Assembly (NCBI GenBank): GCA_016182085.1
Contig: JACOYB010000008.1
Location: 10,507-74,506, forward strand
DNA: 64,000 bases
Source: Candidatus Magasanikiibacteriota bacterium
Lineage (GTDB): Bacteria; Patescibacteriota; Patescibacteriia; Magasanikbacterales; GWA2-37-8
Direction of reading: 5' to 3'
Below the pieces are notes generated by a model that worked only from the letters and a program-made list of their open reading frames with translations, was not told the origin of the DNA and did no database searches. The stretch's first letter is position 1. Every line of letters starts with the position of its first letter. The translations under genes and the position numbers were made by a program. Below are positions 1 through 10,057 of this stretch, one piece after another.

Positions 1-179
1 GACCGTGCATACTCACTTTCACCTAAATCTCCGTTTATATTATTATCATCTTCATCTAAATCTATTCTTGATGTAAAAATACTTGCATCGCCCACTGGCA
101 TATCATCTGCTTCGGCCGGACCGATTCTCTCTCCTATTATTTCATCGTCTGGTCCAGGAAATCTTGGTTTATCTGGCAT
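1..179 (-). CDS. Hypothetical acidic protein, 5' part only (runs off window start)
   Basis: Manual translation from ATG at 179: MPDKPRFPGPDDEIIGERIGPAEADD..., open to the window edge. Confidence 0.5.
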   Translation of the reverse strand, partial: MPDKPRFPGPDDEIIGERIGPAEADDMPVGDASIFTSRIDLDEDDNNINGDLGESEYAR

Positions 180-300
180 ATAATTTTATGTATAAAAATA
201 TTTCATTTATCATAAGATAAACTGAGAAGTTTGTCCATTGGTTCTACTGGTCTTCCCAACATACCAAAAACACCACTGTTTAAGCGGTGTTTTATCGGTG

Positions 301-372
301 AGCAGGTAGCGGGAGTCGAACCCGCGTCACCAGTTTGGAAAACTGGGATAATAGCCGTTATATGATACCTGC
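301..372 (-). tRNA. tRNA-Gly(TCC)
   Basis: Acceptor GCAGGTA/TACCTGC, anticodon arm CCAGT-TTTCCAA-ACTGG, T-arm GGTTCGACTCC; no encoded CCA. Confidence 0.95.
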
Positions 373-496
373 AGCGCTTCGCATTATAGATACTGTAAAC
401 TGTAGATAATATTTTACTAAAATTTACAAAAAAGTCAACTGTAGGGTATACTACAAGACGGCAAGTGAAACTTCTTAATTTTTAATTATATACCAT

Positions 497-1297
497 ATGT
501 ATAAAAGAATTAGTGGTCTGGCGATGGTTATTGGGGCTGTTGTTCTTTTAGGCGCCGGTTGTTCCAAAGGTTCTTTACTATCAAATAAAGACAAACAGCC
601 AATAGAGCCGGCCATATCTGTTTCACCTCAAGCTTTGGAAGAAAATAACGAAATTCTTGTTAACGAGGCTTCGCTCCCGGAAGACGGCTGGATCGCCATC
701 CATACCAAAGAAAACGGACAGATGGGGGAAATAATTGGTTATACATTTTTGGCCGCTGGCAAGGATTCAAAGATAAAAATTACGGTAGATAGAAATAAAG
801 TAACGCCCTCACTGGTAGCCATGCTCCACTATGACCGCGACCCTAAAGGCACATTTGAATCACCGGGAAGCGACGGACCGGTAATTAAGGATCAGCAGGT
901 TATCCTGAAAGAATTTGCGATTTTAAACCAAAGCGAACTTATTAAAGAATTTGAGCTAAGCAAACCAACTTCCACGTCTAATGACGATACCCCAAAACCT
1001 ACACCACCGACCTCCCAAGGTACTCGCAAAGAATTTGTAATTACTGCCAAACAATGGTCTTTTTCTCCCGCCACTATAAAAGTTAAAAAAGGAGACAGGG
1101 TTGTACTCAAAGTTACCAGTACCGATGTAAGCCATGGCCTCAACTTACCTGCCTTTAATATTAATGAAACTTTAGAACCGGGCGTGACTAAAACGGTGGA
1201 ATTTGTTGCCGATAAAGTTGGCACCTTTACCTTTAGCTGCAGCGTAATGTGCGGCACGGGCCATAAGGCCATGACCGGAACTCTGGTGGTTGAATAA
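497..1297 (+). CDS. Lipoprotein with C-terminal CuA-type cupredoxin domain
   Basis: Lipobox LGAGC; Pro/Thr linker; HG...CSVMCGTGHKAM matches the CuA ligand pattern H...CxxxCxxxHxxM. Confidence 0.85.
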   Translation: MYKRISGLAMVIGAVVLLGAGCSKGSLLSNKDKQPIEPAISVSPQALEENNEILVNEASLPEDGWIAIHTKENGQMGEIIGYTFLAAGKDSKIKITVDRNKVTPSLVAMLHYDRDPKGTFESPGSDGPVIKDQQVILKEFAILNQSELIKEFELSKPTSTSNDDTPKPTPPTSQGTRKEFVITAKQWSFSPATIKVKKGDRVVLKVTSTDVSHGLNLPAFNINETLEPGVTKTVEFVADKVGTFTFSCSVMCGTGHKAMTGTLVVE

Positions 1298-1307
1298 ACT
1301 TTAGATT

Positions 1308-1341
1308 AACAAAAAAGCCCTGATAAAAGGGCTCTTTTGTT
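1308..1341. terminator. Bidirectional intrinsic terminator
   Basis: AACAAAAAAGCCCT-GATAAA-AGGGCTCTTTTGTT between convergent genes. Confidence 0.7.
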
Positions 1342-1351
1342 TTATAATTTT

Positions 1352-1918
1352 CTAGGAATTTGCTCTGGCGGAATAATCACCGGTTTCGGTATTTACGAGC
1401 ACTTCTTCACCTTCTTTGATAAATATCGGCGCTTGTACTTTTAATCCGTTATCCAAAGTAATTTCTTTGGTAACATTGCCGGTAGCGCTATCACCGCGCA
1501 CGGCTGGCGGCGCTTCCACAACTTTATATTTTATTTTCTTTGGCAATTCAATACTTACCGGACGGCCTTCATATAAACCAACAACCACATCCAAGCCTTC
1601 CTTCAAATATTTGGCATCATCGCCGACTAAATCACCATTCATCTCTATCTGCTCATACGTTTCCATATTCATGAACGCTAAATTGTCGCCGCTTTTATAT
1701 AAAAATTGCATGGTGCGAAAATCTACCTGTACAATATCCACGCTTTCGCTGGTTTTATAGGTTACTTCCAACACTTTGCCGCTGCTGAGACTTTTCATGC
1801 GCGCGCGCACAAATGCCGCGCCCTTACCCGGGTTTACATGTTGAAATTCAACGACTACAAATAAATCATTGGGTTGGCGAATGACTACGCCTTTACGAAC
1901 TTCTGAGGTTGAGGCCAT
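1352..1918 (-). CDS. efp: Elongation factor P
   Basis: HVNPGKGAAFVR loop; start placed at MASTSEVRKG. Confidence 0.97.
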   Translation of the reverse strand: MASTSEVRKGVVIRQPNDLFVVVEFQHVNPGKGAAFVRARMKSLSSGKVLEVTYKTSESVDIVQVDFRTMQFLYKSGDNLAFMNMETYEQIEMNGDLVGDDAKYLKEGLDVVVGLYEGRPVSIELPKKIKYKVVEAPPAVRGDSATGNVTKEITLDNGLKVQAPIFIKEGEEVLVNTETGDYSARANS

Positions 1919-1955
1919 ATACGATGAATTAAGAATCAAGAATTATGAATTAAAA

Positions 1956-2987
1956 TTATGTACGCTGATCATTTACGGATTGAAAGATAACTTCATTTAT
2001 ATCTTTCGCTCCGGTAAACAATCCTACCATACGATCCACGCCCAAGGCAATACCCCCAGCCGGAGCCATACCGCTTTTTAGGGCAGCAATAAAATCCTTA
2101 TCAACCGGCCAAACTGGCTTGCCTAGCTGTTTTCTTTTCTCTTTATCTTCTTCTAATTTTTTTTCCTGTTCGGTTGCATCTGTTAATTCCCCAAAGGCGT
2201 TAGCCACCTCTAAACCACCCATATACAGCTCAAACCTTTCTGCATATCTATTATCATATTCGCATAATCTGGACAGCGAGGTCATTTGCACTGGATAATC
2301 ATAGATAAAAACCGGCTTGGCTACGCCCAAATGCGGTTCAATTTCATTCAAAAAAATTTTATAAAAAATATCTTCATAGGCATCTTCTTTTGATACAGTA
2401 CATCCTTTTGACTGCGCCAGCTCTGCTAATTTGTCGGTTTCTAAATAATTATCCAGATTAACGCCAATAAATTGTTGCCACACTTCTTTGACGCTTAAGC
2501 GATCCCATGCTGCAGAGATAGAAACGGTTTTATCTTTATATGTTAAGGAATTTACATTCAATTTTTCTCCAATAAACCTAAACAGGTTTTCCGTATCATC
2601 CATAATTTCCTGATAAGTTCCTGGTGCCCGATACCATTCCAACATCGTAAATTCAGTATTATGGTTGCCGCCGAAACTTTCATAGTCGCGGAAACATTTA
2701 CCAATCTCAAAAATTTTCTCATACCCCGCGGCTAGCAATTTTTTTAATGAATACTCCGGCGAAGTGCGCAGGTAAAAATTTTCCGCTTTGCCGTACGGAT
2801 CATGAATTGTTATGGGCAATGGATTAAGATACGGCTCTTGGCTGGCCAGTTTTACGGCAATCGGCGTATCTGTTTCCACAAAATTTTGCGACCAAAAAAA
2901 CTCGCGGATTAATTTTATAATTTCAATCCGGGTATTATATATTTTTTTTAATCTAGGGTTATTTTTTAATTCAGACCAATTGCTCAT
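1956..2987 (-). CDS. epmA: EF-P lysine aminoacylase (LysRS-like catalytic domain only)
   Basis: YLRTSPEYSLKKLL, HNTEFTMLEWY, ERFELY, GGIALGVDR; no anticodon domain; adjacent to efp. Confidence 0.93.
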   Translation of the reverse strand: MSNWSELKNNPRLKKIYNTRIEIIKLIREFFWSQNFVETDTPIAVKLASQEPYLNPLPITIHDPYGKAENFYLRTSPEYSLKKLLAAGYEKIFEIGKCFRDYESFGGNHNTEFTMLEWYRAPGTYQEIMDDTENLFRFIGEKLNVNSLTYKDKTVSISAAWDRLSVKEVWQQFIGVNLDNYLETDKLAELAQSKGCTVSKEDAYEDIFYKIFLNEIEPHLGVAKPVFIYDYPVQMTSLSRLCEYDNRYAERFELYMGGLEVANAFGELTDATEQEKKLEEDKEKRKQLGKPVWPVDKDFIAALKSGMAPAGGIALGVDRMVGLFTGAKDINEVIFQSVNDQRT

Positions 2988-3036
2988 AAATATTTCTGAA
3001 TTTAAGAAACCTCCTTGCGGAGGCTCTTACTTTTTC

Positions 3037-3276
3037 TTAGGCTGTGTATGGCATGAGTGATGCTTGTCTGGCTCTCTTTACAGCGCTGGCTACCTGACGT
3101 TGATGTTTGGCGCATAGTCCGCTGCGGCGGCGAGGAGCAATCTTCATGTAAGAAGAAACAAAGCGTCTTAGGGTGTTGAAATCTTTATAATCAACAACCA
3201 ATTTATTATTTACGCAGTAATAACAGGCTTTGTCTTTTTGAGCTTGTTCTTTGGAATTAGAATTTTGAATTGACAT
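3037..3276 (-). CDS. rpsR: 30S ribosomal protein S18 (Zn-binding type)
   Basis: CYYC..DYKD..LRRFVS..CAKHQR; rpsF-ssb-rpsR order. Confidence 0.97.
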   Translation of the reverse strand: MSIQNSNSKEQAQKDKACYYCVNNKLVVDYKDFNTLRRFVSSYMKIAPRRRSGLCAKHQRQVASAVKRARQASLMPYTA

Positions 3277-3285
3277 AATTTAATA

Positions 3286-3726
3286 TTAAAACGGAATATC
3301 TTCTACTTTCACTTCTTCTTCAATTACTTCTTGCGGCGCTTCGGATCCAAAGGCGGTATCTGAAGGTCCGGATGAAGGGGCTGAAGTTGTGCCAGCAGAT
3401 TTGGAATCAAGCATGATCATGTTTTCACCCACAATTTCGGTACGGTATCTCTTTACGCCGTCTTGACCAGTCCATTCGCGAGTTTGCAATCTGCCTTCCA
3501 CATACATTTTACCGCCTTTTCGCAAATATTGACTGCAAATTTCGGCCAGCTTCCCCCACATTACCACATTATGGAACTCGGTCTGTTTTTGCTTTTGACC
3601 GTTTCCATCTATCCAGACTCGGTTGGTGGCAAGACCAATGGTGGCCACAGCTTTACCATTTGGAGTATTGCGGAGTTCAGGGTCTCGAGTAAGTCGTCCG
3701 ATGATCATTGCTTTATTTAAATCCAT
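3286..3726 (-). CDS. ssb: Single-stranded DNA-binding protein
   Basis: LNKAMIIGRLTRDPE, VEGRLQTR, acidic tail EDIPF. Confidence 0.98.
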   Translation of the reverse strand: MDLNKAMIIGRLTRDPELRNTPNGKAVATIGLATNRVWIDGNGQKQKQTEFHNVVMWGKLAEICSQYLRKGGKMYVEGRLQTREWTGQDGVKRYRTEIVGENMIMLDSKSAGTTSAPSSGPSDTAFGSEAPQEVIEEEVKVEDIPF

Positions 3727-3840
3727 ATGCGAAATGAATGAGGGAAATAGCCGATGAGATATTTATAACCGCTTGCGAGTTATAAATATTGAAGCTGGAT
3801 ATTTCCGAGTGAATGAGTATATATGGGCTTTAGCCCATAT
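3724..3840 (-). promoter_or_regulatory. Structured leader element ending at ssb ATG (second copy before dnaN)
   Basis: GGGCTAAAGCC-CATATATACTCATTCACTC-[hairpin]-CTCATTCATTTCGCATATG; arms shared with 56986-57069. Confidence 0.75.
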
Positions 3841-3857
3841 AAGTAAAATAATTTAAA

Positions 3858-4349
3858 TTAAACTCCTGGAATTATATTTTCGTTATCAAGGATAGCATTA
3901 AGCTTTTCGTCAATGTCCTTAAGATCTACTTTCTTTTCTTCGCTGATTTCTTTAACAACCGGAGAAGATTTCGGCTCTGCAACAGCGCTTTCTTCCTTCT
4001 CTATCATGGTGGTAACACCTACTTCGTTAGTGCTATAAACGATCTTTTTAGGAGTGGTTGCGTTGGTATTAAAAATTGTGATCATGCTGCGAAGTACATC
4101 TGATCGTAATTTCAATTTACCAGAGATAACACCTACTGCTTCCGGCTCGGCGTTAAAGACGAGTGTGTAATAATATCCGTATCGAATTTGTTTGATAGGA
4201 TAAGCTAACCTAACTTTACCAAGGTTGTTAAGTTCCACGTCTTGACCGCTGGAACTTACTAAATCTTTTATTTCTTGTACTTGTTTACCGGCTTCCTTTT
4301 CATCCAAAGTACCTGGCAAAACCAGTAATAGTTCGTATTTTTTCAACAT
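3858..4349 (-). CDS. rpsF: 30S ribosomal protein S6
   Basis: YELLLVL..GKVRLAYPIK..G.Y..LRSMI; C-terminal extension. Confidence 0.95.
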   Translation of the reverse strand: MLKKYELLLVLPGTLDEKEAGKQVQEIKDLVSSSGQDVELNNLGKVRLAYPIKQIRYGYYYTLVFNAEPEAVGVISGKLKLRSDVLRSMITIFNTNATTPKKIVYSTNEVGVTTMIEKEESAVAEPKSSPVVKEISEEKKVDLKDIDEKLNAILDNENIIPGV

Positions 4350-4659
4350 AATGAATTACTAAACAATATATTATCAATTTCAAATACAGAAAATGACTAT
4401 CGATCTAACCATTTTCACTATTTGAATCATTTTATCTTAGATACCAAAGGTGCGACCATCATACCAATAAAGCTCGAAAAAGTCAAGGTGCGGATAATTT
4501 CAAAAAATTCATGTATTTTTGGCTTAACTGGCAATAAAAACAATATAACGACACCTCTTTATATTTTAACTTTATTTGAGATTAATTATATGTTCTGTAA
4601 ACCACAGAACTATGGTATAATTATTCGGTAAACATAGGTTGTTTCAATCTTGGTTATTT

Positions 4660-6387
4660 ATGCTTTTACCAAAAACCCTCAAACTCATCTTAAAAAAATA
4701 TAAACTGGGCGATGCCGACAGCTTAAAGACTGCTGAAGCTAAGGCCGCAAAAATGAATAAAGATTTGGAAGAAGTCCTTATTGCTGATGGCGTGGTAAAC
4801 GAAACAGATCTATATGAAAAAGCGGCTGACTACCTAGAAATCCCTTATATTAGCCTAAAAGGTAAGGAAATTAAAAAAGAAATTCTCAATTTAATTCCCG
4901 GACCCGTAGCTGGCACCCATCAAGTCGTGGCTTTTGACACCGACAAAGACGAGGTTAAACTTGCCATGACCGACCCCACAGATATTCAAACCATAGAATT
5001 TTTACGCCGTAAAACTGGATTGGAACCCAAAGTCTTTATCACTTCTCCAGGTGACTTAAAAGAGGCCTTACACCGGTATCATGCTGAACTTGAAGATGAT
5101 TTACGCATCGTACAAGACGGTGGCAATGAAGTAAATGGCGGAGACCTGAAAAAAGCCGCTGAAGAAGTGCCGACTATCAATATCGTTAACACGGTGCTGG
5201 AGCACGCGGTGTACGAAGGCGCGTCCGATATTCATATTGAACCGGCTGAAAAGGAGCTGTCCGTACGCTATCGCATTGATGGTATCTTAAAACCGGTCAT
5301 GACCCTGCCCAAAAACGTACAAAGCGGTCTTATTGCTAGAATTAAAATTCTAGCCAATCTTAAAATAGACGAGCACATGGTGCCGCAGGATGGCCGTTTT
5401 AAAATTCAACTTCAGGATGAAAAACTGGCATTCCGCGTCTCTATTATTCCAGTTTATGATGGCGAAAAAATCGTCTTGCGCCTACTCCACGAAACTACAA
5501 AACCGCTAACCTTAGACCAACTTGGGTTTTTAGATGCCCCTAGAAAAATCCTGGAAACTGCCATCAAAAAACCGCACGGCATGATTCTGGTTACCGGCCC
5601 TACCGGATCCGGTAAAACTACCACCCTATACTCCGTCCTGGGAATTTTAAATCAACCCGGCGTAAATATCTGCACGATTGAAGACCCGATAGAATATCGT
5701 ATGCCGGGTGTTAACCAAAGCCAGATAAACGCTAAGGTTGGCTTTACCTTTGCGGCTGGCTTACGCTCCTTCTTGCGTCAAGATCCAAATATCATCATGG
5801 TAGGTGAAATCCGCGACCAAGAAACAGCCGAAATTGCTATTCATGCGGCCATGACCGGACACTTGGTGCTTTCCACCTTGCACACCAATAACGCCCCCAC
5901 TACCCTGCCTCGTTTGGTAGATATGGGTGTGGCGCCGTTTTTGGTGGCTTATACTACCAATATTGTCATGGCTCAGCGTTTGGTCCGCAAAATTTGCACC
6001 TATTGTAAAAAAGAATACAAACTTGATAAAACCGTTGGCAACGAACTAGGCCGCGTCTTTGACGTAAAAAAAATTTCATCTCTATTTAAAGATAATATTC
6101 CAAAAAACTACAAAGATGAAGGCAGTGATGTAGAAAAAATTACTTTCTATAAAGGCGAAGGTTGTAATCGCTGCGGACAAACCGGATATAAAGGCCGCAT
6201 GGGTATTTATGAAATTTTGGAAATGGATGAAGAGTTAATAAAAATGATCAACGCGCACGGCACCGCCGATGATATTAAAAAATACGCTCGTGAAAAAGGC
6301 ATGATTACCATGCTTGAAGACGGACTTATAAAAGCCAAGATGGGAATTACAACCATTAGCGAAGTTCTGCGCGTAACCAAAGAATAA
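4660..6387 (+). CDS. pilB: Type IV pilus assembly ATPase PilB/GspE
   Basis: ASDIHIEP, GPTGSGKTTT, EDPIEY, LRQDPN, two CxxC motifs; ATG at 4660 preferred over TTG at 4639. Confidence 0.93.
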   Translation: MLLPKTLKLILKKYKLGDADSLKTAEAKAAKMNKDLEEVLIADGVVNETDLYEKAADYLEIPYISLKGKEIKKEILNLIPGPVAGTHQVVAFDTDKDEVKLAMTDPTDIQTIEFLRRKTGLEPKVFITSPGDLKEALHRYHAELEDDLRIVQDGGNEVNGGDLKKAAEEVPTINIVNTVLEHAVYEGASDIHIEPAEKELSVRYRIDGILKPVMTLPKNVQSGLIARIKILANLKIDEHMVPQDGRFKIQLQDEKLAFRVSIIPVYDGEKIVLRLLHETTKPLTLDQLGFLDAPRKILETAIKKPHGMILVTGPTGSGKTTTLYSVLGILNQPGVNICTIEDPIEYRMPGVNQSQINAKVGFTFAAGLRSFLRQDPNIIMVGEIRDQETAEIAIHAAMTGHLVLSTLHTNNAPTTLPRLVDMGVAPFLVAYTTNIVMAQRLVRKICTYCKKEYKLDKTVGNELGRVFDVKKISSLFKDNIPKNYKDEGSDVEKITFYKGEGCNRCGQTGYKGRMGIYEILEMDEELIKMINAHGTADDIKKYAREKGMITMLEDGLIKAKMGITTISEVLRVTKE

Positions 6388-6389
6388 AT

Positions 6390-7496
6390 ATGCCCAAAAA
6401 AGAACGGAAACTTTCTCCGCTTGAGATAAAAATCAATGCTTGGATAGAACATCACTTGCACCGCGTACCAATAATGCAAAAAATTCTTTTTGTCAGCCAT
6501 TTAAAGACTATGGTTAAGGCTGGTTTATCTCTGATTGATGCTTTGCGCATTTTGAGCCAGGAAGTTGAAAATAAAAAATTAAAAAATATTATTGCGGATA
6601 TTACCGAGGGTGTAGAGAAAGGCCAGCAATTCAGCGAGGTACTCGCGCGATACCCAAAAATTTTTCCTCCCGTATATGTCAGTATGATCGCGGCCGGAGA
6701 AACCGCGGGAAAAGTTGAAACGGCGCTTGAACAAGTTTCAATACAGATGAAAAAAAATCACGAGTTAACTTCTAGAATTAAAGGCGCCTTAATGTATCCG
6801 GCAGTGATTGTTATCGCTATGGTAGGCATTAGTATTGAAGTCGTGGTATTTATCCTGCCAAAATTACTGATAATGTTTAAAGAATTTGACGCGCAACTGC
6901 CGCTTCCAACCAGAATCCTCATTGGTATTACGGATTTTACCCAGAAATACGGATTGTGGATGGTTATAGTTTTAATTCTTCTAATCATCGGGGCCGTACA
7001 ACTGCTAAAACAATATAAAGTTAAACGGGTGGTACATACAATAAATTTAAAATTGCCCATTATTGGCAGTATTATTAAAAAAATAAATTTGGCTCGTTTT
7101 ACCCTTACCCTTTCATCCCTGCTAGAGAGCACCATTCCAATCATTGACGCCACTCGCATCTCCTCGGATGTATTAAATAACGTAATTTATAAAGAAAAAT
7201 TGATGGCAGTTTCTGAATCCCTTAAAAAAGGCGAGGCATTATCAGATATATTAAGACAGTCGCCGACAATCTTTCCTCCCATGGTAACCGAAATGATCAT
7301 GGTTGGAGAAAAAGCCGGAAAAAGTGAAAGCATGTTAAGAGAACTTTCTGAATACTACGGAAACGAAGTAGATACGACTATGAGGAATTTTACGACTATT
7401 ATTGAACCGATCATTATTTTAGTTATGGGTCTGGCGGTAGCTGGCATCGCTGTAGCAATCATTATGCCTCTATACTCTCTGGCGCAAAATATTTAA
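6390..7496 (+). CDS. pilC: Type IV pilus platform protein PilC/GspF
   Basis: Two T2SSF repeats (AGETAG, VGEKAG), ALMYP, IEP. Confidence 0.93.
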   Translation: MPKKERKLSPLEIKINAWIEHHLHRVPIMQKILFVSHLKTMVKAGLSLIDALRILSQEVENKKLKNIIADITEGVEKGQQFSEVLARYPKIFPPVYVSMIAAGETAGKVETALEQVSIQMKKNHELTSRIKGALMYPAVIVIAMVGISIEVVVFILPKLLIMFKEFDAQLPLPTRILIGITDFTQKYGLWMVIVLILLIIGAVQLLKQYKVKRVVHTINLKLPIIGSIIKKINLARFTLTLSSLLESTIPIIDATRISSDVLNNVIYKEKLMAVSESLKKGEALSDILRQSPTIFPPMVTEMIMVGEKAGKSESMLRELSEYYGNEVDTTMRNFTTIIEPIIILVMGLAVAGIAVAIIMPLYSLAQNI

Positions 7497-7499
7497 AGT

Positions 7500-8609
7500 A
7501 TGTTTTTGCACAATCCTTTCTACGATGCCTTTGGTCTGGATATTGGCGATCTGTCAATAAAACTTGTCCAGCTTGCTCCCGTGTCTTTTTACCACAAGCA
7601 GGTGTTTAAAATTAAAGAACTTCGCACGACGCCACTGCCACCGGGCCTGATTGTAAACGGCGAGATTCAGCAGCCGGAACCCGTACGTAAAAAAATTTTA
7701 CACCTACTTGGCAAAGAAGGCGAGGGTTTTAAACCAATCCGCTCGCCATGGGTGGTAGCCAGTCTTCCGGAACCAAAAACATTCTTCAAATTAATAGATG
7801 TTGATATTAATTATGAAGCGCTCACTTCCGTTGATATTGCCTACCAAGCCAAAAAGCATCTCCCCTATGAACTTGAGGACACATACTTGGATTGGCAAGT
7901 AATTACGGGAACCGTAAAAGAAAAAAATACACAGGTACTCATTTCCGCGACACCAAAAATAATAGCTGATTCGTACACTTACTTACTGGAAAGCACGGGC
8001 TTAAACCCGATAGTCTTGGAAGCGGAAGCCGTAGCTATTGCGAGAACCATGATTACCTATGACAAAGATTATACCGGTGAAGCGCGGGCGATTTTGGATC
8101 TGGGCGCTACCCGTTCTAATTTAACTATTTACGACAATAACAGCATTCAGTTCAGCACCACTCTAAACTTCTCCGGAGAAATAGTTACATCCGCAATCGC
8201 CCAAGAATTAAAAATAGAACACGCGCGGGCTGAAAGTTTAAAAATTAAAAACGGACTCACCTATGATGAAAAACATCCGAAATATTTAGCGGCGGTCTCG
8301 GGAATTGCCGACAAATTGATCGCTGAAATTAAAACAGCTCTAACTTTTTATAAAGAGCATTTTGATAATACAAATGACATAAACAGGATTACCCTCTGCG
8401 GAGGCACGGCAAATATGGAAAATATAGAAACTTTCCTTTCTAAAGAATTAAAAATACCAGCCCAGGCCGGTCATCCATGGAAAAACTTAGAAAATAAAAA
8501 ATTATACGAATTTGAACCAAAAAGGAGTCTTTCTCTGGCGAGCGCTATCGGCCTGGCGCTTCGCGCCACGCAGAATCCACTTTTAAACCACAGGCATGAA
8601 GACTTTTAA
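7500..8609 (+). CDS. pilM: Type IV pilus assembly protein PilM
   Basis: FGLDIGDLSIK, LDLGA, LCGGTA, AIGLALR. Confidence 0.92.
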   Translation: MFLHNPFYDAFGLDIGDLSIKLVQLAPVSFYHKQVFKIKELRTTPLPPGLIVNGEIQQPEPVRKKILHLLGKEGEGFKPIRSPWVVASLPEPKTFFKLIDVDINYEALTSVDIAYQAKKHLPYELEDTYLDWQVITGTVKEKNTQVLISATPKIIADSYTYLLESTGLNPIVLEAEAVAIARTMITYDKDYTGEARAILDLGATRSNLTIYDNNSIQFSTTLNFSGEIVTSAIAQELKIEHARAESLKIKNGLTYDEKHPKYLAAVSGIADKLIAEIKTALTFYKEHFDNTNDINRITLCGGTANMENIETFLSKELKIPAQAGHPWKNLENKKLYEFEPKRSLSLASAIGLALRATQNPLLNHRHEDF

Positions 8610-8632
8610 TTATGGTAAAGTGAGACAAAAAT

Positions 8633-9178
8633 ATGATGAACATAAACCTTAATTTACTTCCCAATACGAAAAAAGCTCGTCTGGAAACTACGATCAAGGT
8701 TTTATTTATTAAAAATATCTTGGAGTTATTTCTCTTAACCGCGGCCGTGGTGGGGGCAACTCTCGTATGGAGCTGGATTTTTCTGGAAAACGACTTTGCC
8801 AATCTGGCAGAAAACGCCAACCTTATCAATCGCGAGTATTATACATATAACCAGGACGCGAAAAATATAAATGGTTTAATTAAAAACATCAATTTATCCA
8901 GCCGAAAGTTTTCACCTCTCAGTCCGAAACTTAAAGATATCACTAGTTCCTTGCCGGCAGATATAAAAATTGGCTCTTTGCAAATAAATATGGCCGAACA
9001 GCAAATTATCATAAGTGGCACGGCACTCTCCCGATCTGCTTTGCTCAACTACCAAGCTGTCCTAAATGAAACGCCTTGGATAACTGCCGTGGAAACTCCG
9101 GTTTCACAGTTATTTCAGAAAGAAAATATCAACTTTGAATTTAAAGCCAAGTTAAAAAATTCATCCATAAAAAATTAG
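8633..9178 (+). CDS. pilN: PilN-like protein
   Basis: INLNLLP motif, one TM helix, ISGTA; follows pilM. Confidence 0.8.
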   Translation: MMNINLNLLPNTKKARLETTIKVLFIKNILELFLLTAAVVGATLVWSWIFLENDFANLAENANLINREYYTYNQDAKNINGLIKNINLSSRKFSPLSPKLKDITSSLPADIKIGSLQINMAEQQIIISGTALSRSALLNYQAVLNETPWITAVETPVSQLFQKENINFEFKAKLKNSSIKN

Positions 9179-9189
9179 GATAATTTTAT

Positions 9190-9732
9190 ATGACCGCCGA
9201 TCCAACCAAAAAAATAATCCTCACCGTGAGTTTTTTCTGCCTAATATTTTTAGGGATATTATTTGGTATTCTGGCCCCTACCCTGATCCGCATTAAAAAA
9301 ACTTCCCAAGAGAGCCTAAAATTAAGGATATTTCTAGAACAAAAATACCAAGAGTCTCTTAATTCACGCATTACCAGGAAAAAACTAAGCGAGATTAAAG
9401 AAGCCACGGCTGACTTTGATCGTTTTATTTTTAAACCCGGGGAAGAGTTGGAGCTCATTACTTTTTTGGAAACCTCGGCTGCCAAACATGATGTCGTTCA
9501 AACCATTACCGCCTCCAACCTAGATCAAATAAGCAATAATCGCCTAGCCACCATTTCCATAAATCTCAAAGGCAACTACTATGATATTTTAAATTATATT
9601 ACCGACCTGGAAACTTCCGATTATTTTATTAATATTGATCAGCTGCAAATCACGCCTGTTTTTTCCAAGGAAGGACAAGTTACGCAAACTGCCAACTTAA
9701 ACATTTCAACCGAATTATATGTTACTGAGTAA
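9190..9732 (+). CDS. pilO: PilO-like protein
   Basis: N-terminal TM, coiled coil, LKGNYYDILNYITDLE; follows pilN. Confidence 0.75.
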   Translation: MTADPTKKIILTVSFFCLIFLGILFGILAPTLIRIKKTSQESLKLRIFLEQKYQESLNSRITRKKLSEIKEATADFDRFIFKPGEELELITFLETSAAKHDVVQTITASNLDQISNNRLATISINLKGNYYDILNYITDLETSDYFINIDQLQITPVFSKEGQVTQTANLNISTELYVTE

Positions 9733-10057
9733 AGACAAAATACTGCCATCGCTAAAAACGGAATACAGCCACTGGCGGCTTATTTATATTTTAATATTTG
9801 GTTTACTGGCTTCCGCTGTGGCCTTAACGTATTATTTCATTTATCAAAATGTGTATAGCGCGATTGCCAATGCCAACGCGATCATATCGCTACAATCAAG
9901 TTTAAACATCTACAACCTGGATATTCCAGCCTTTGAAAAAGCGACGGCGGCAATTGAAAAAAAACAAAAAATAGGAGGGTTTCCCTCAAACTCCAGAAAT
10001 ATTTTTTACTATAATTCTTCTACTTCCACCTATGGTAACTCCAGCACTTCTCGCTAA
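9719..10057 (+). CDS. Hypothetical single-TM protein in the pil operon
   Basis: Overlaps pilO stop; one hydrophobic helix. Confidence 0.7.
   Translation: MLLSKDKILPSLKTEYSHWRLIYILIFGLLASAVALTYYFIYQNVYSAIANANAIISLQSSLNIYNLDIPAFEKATAAIEKKQKIGGFPSNSRNIFYYNSSTSTYGNSSTSR

Noticed and set aside
390-465. BlaI-type operator upstream of the cupredoxin gene
   Set aside because: Only a half site (TACTACA at 449-455) and a four-mismatch site are present.
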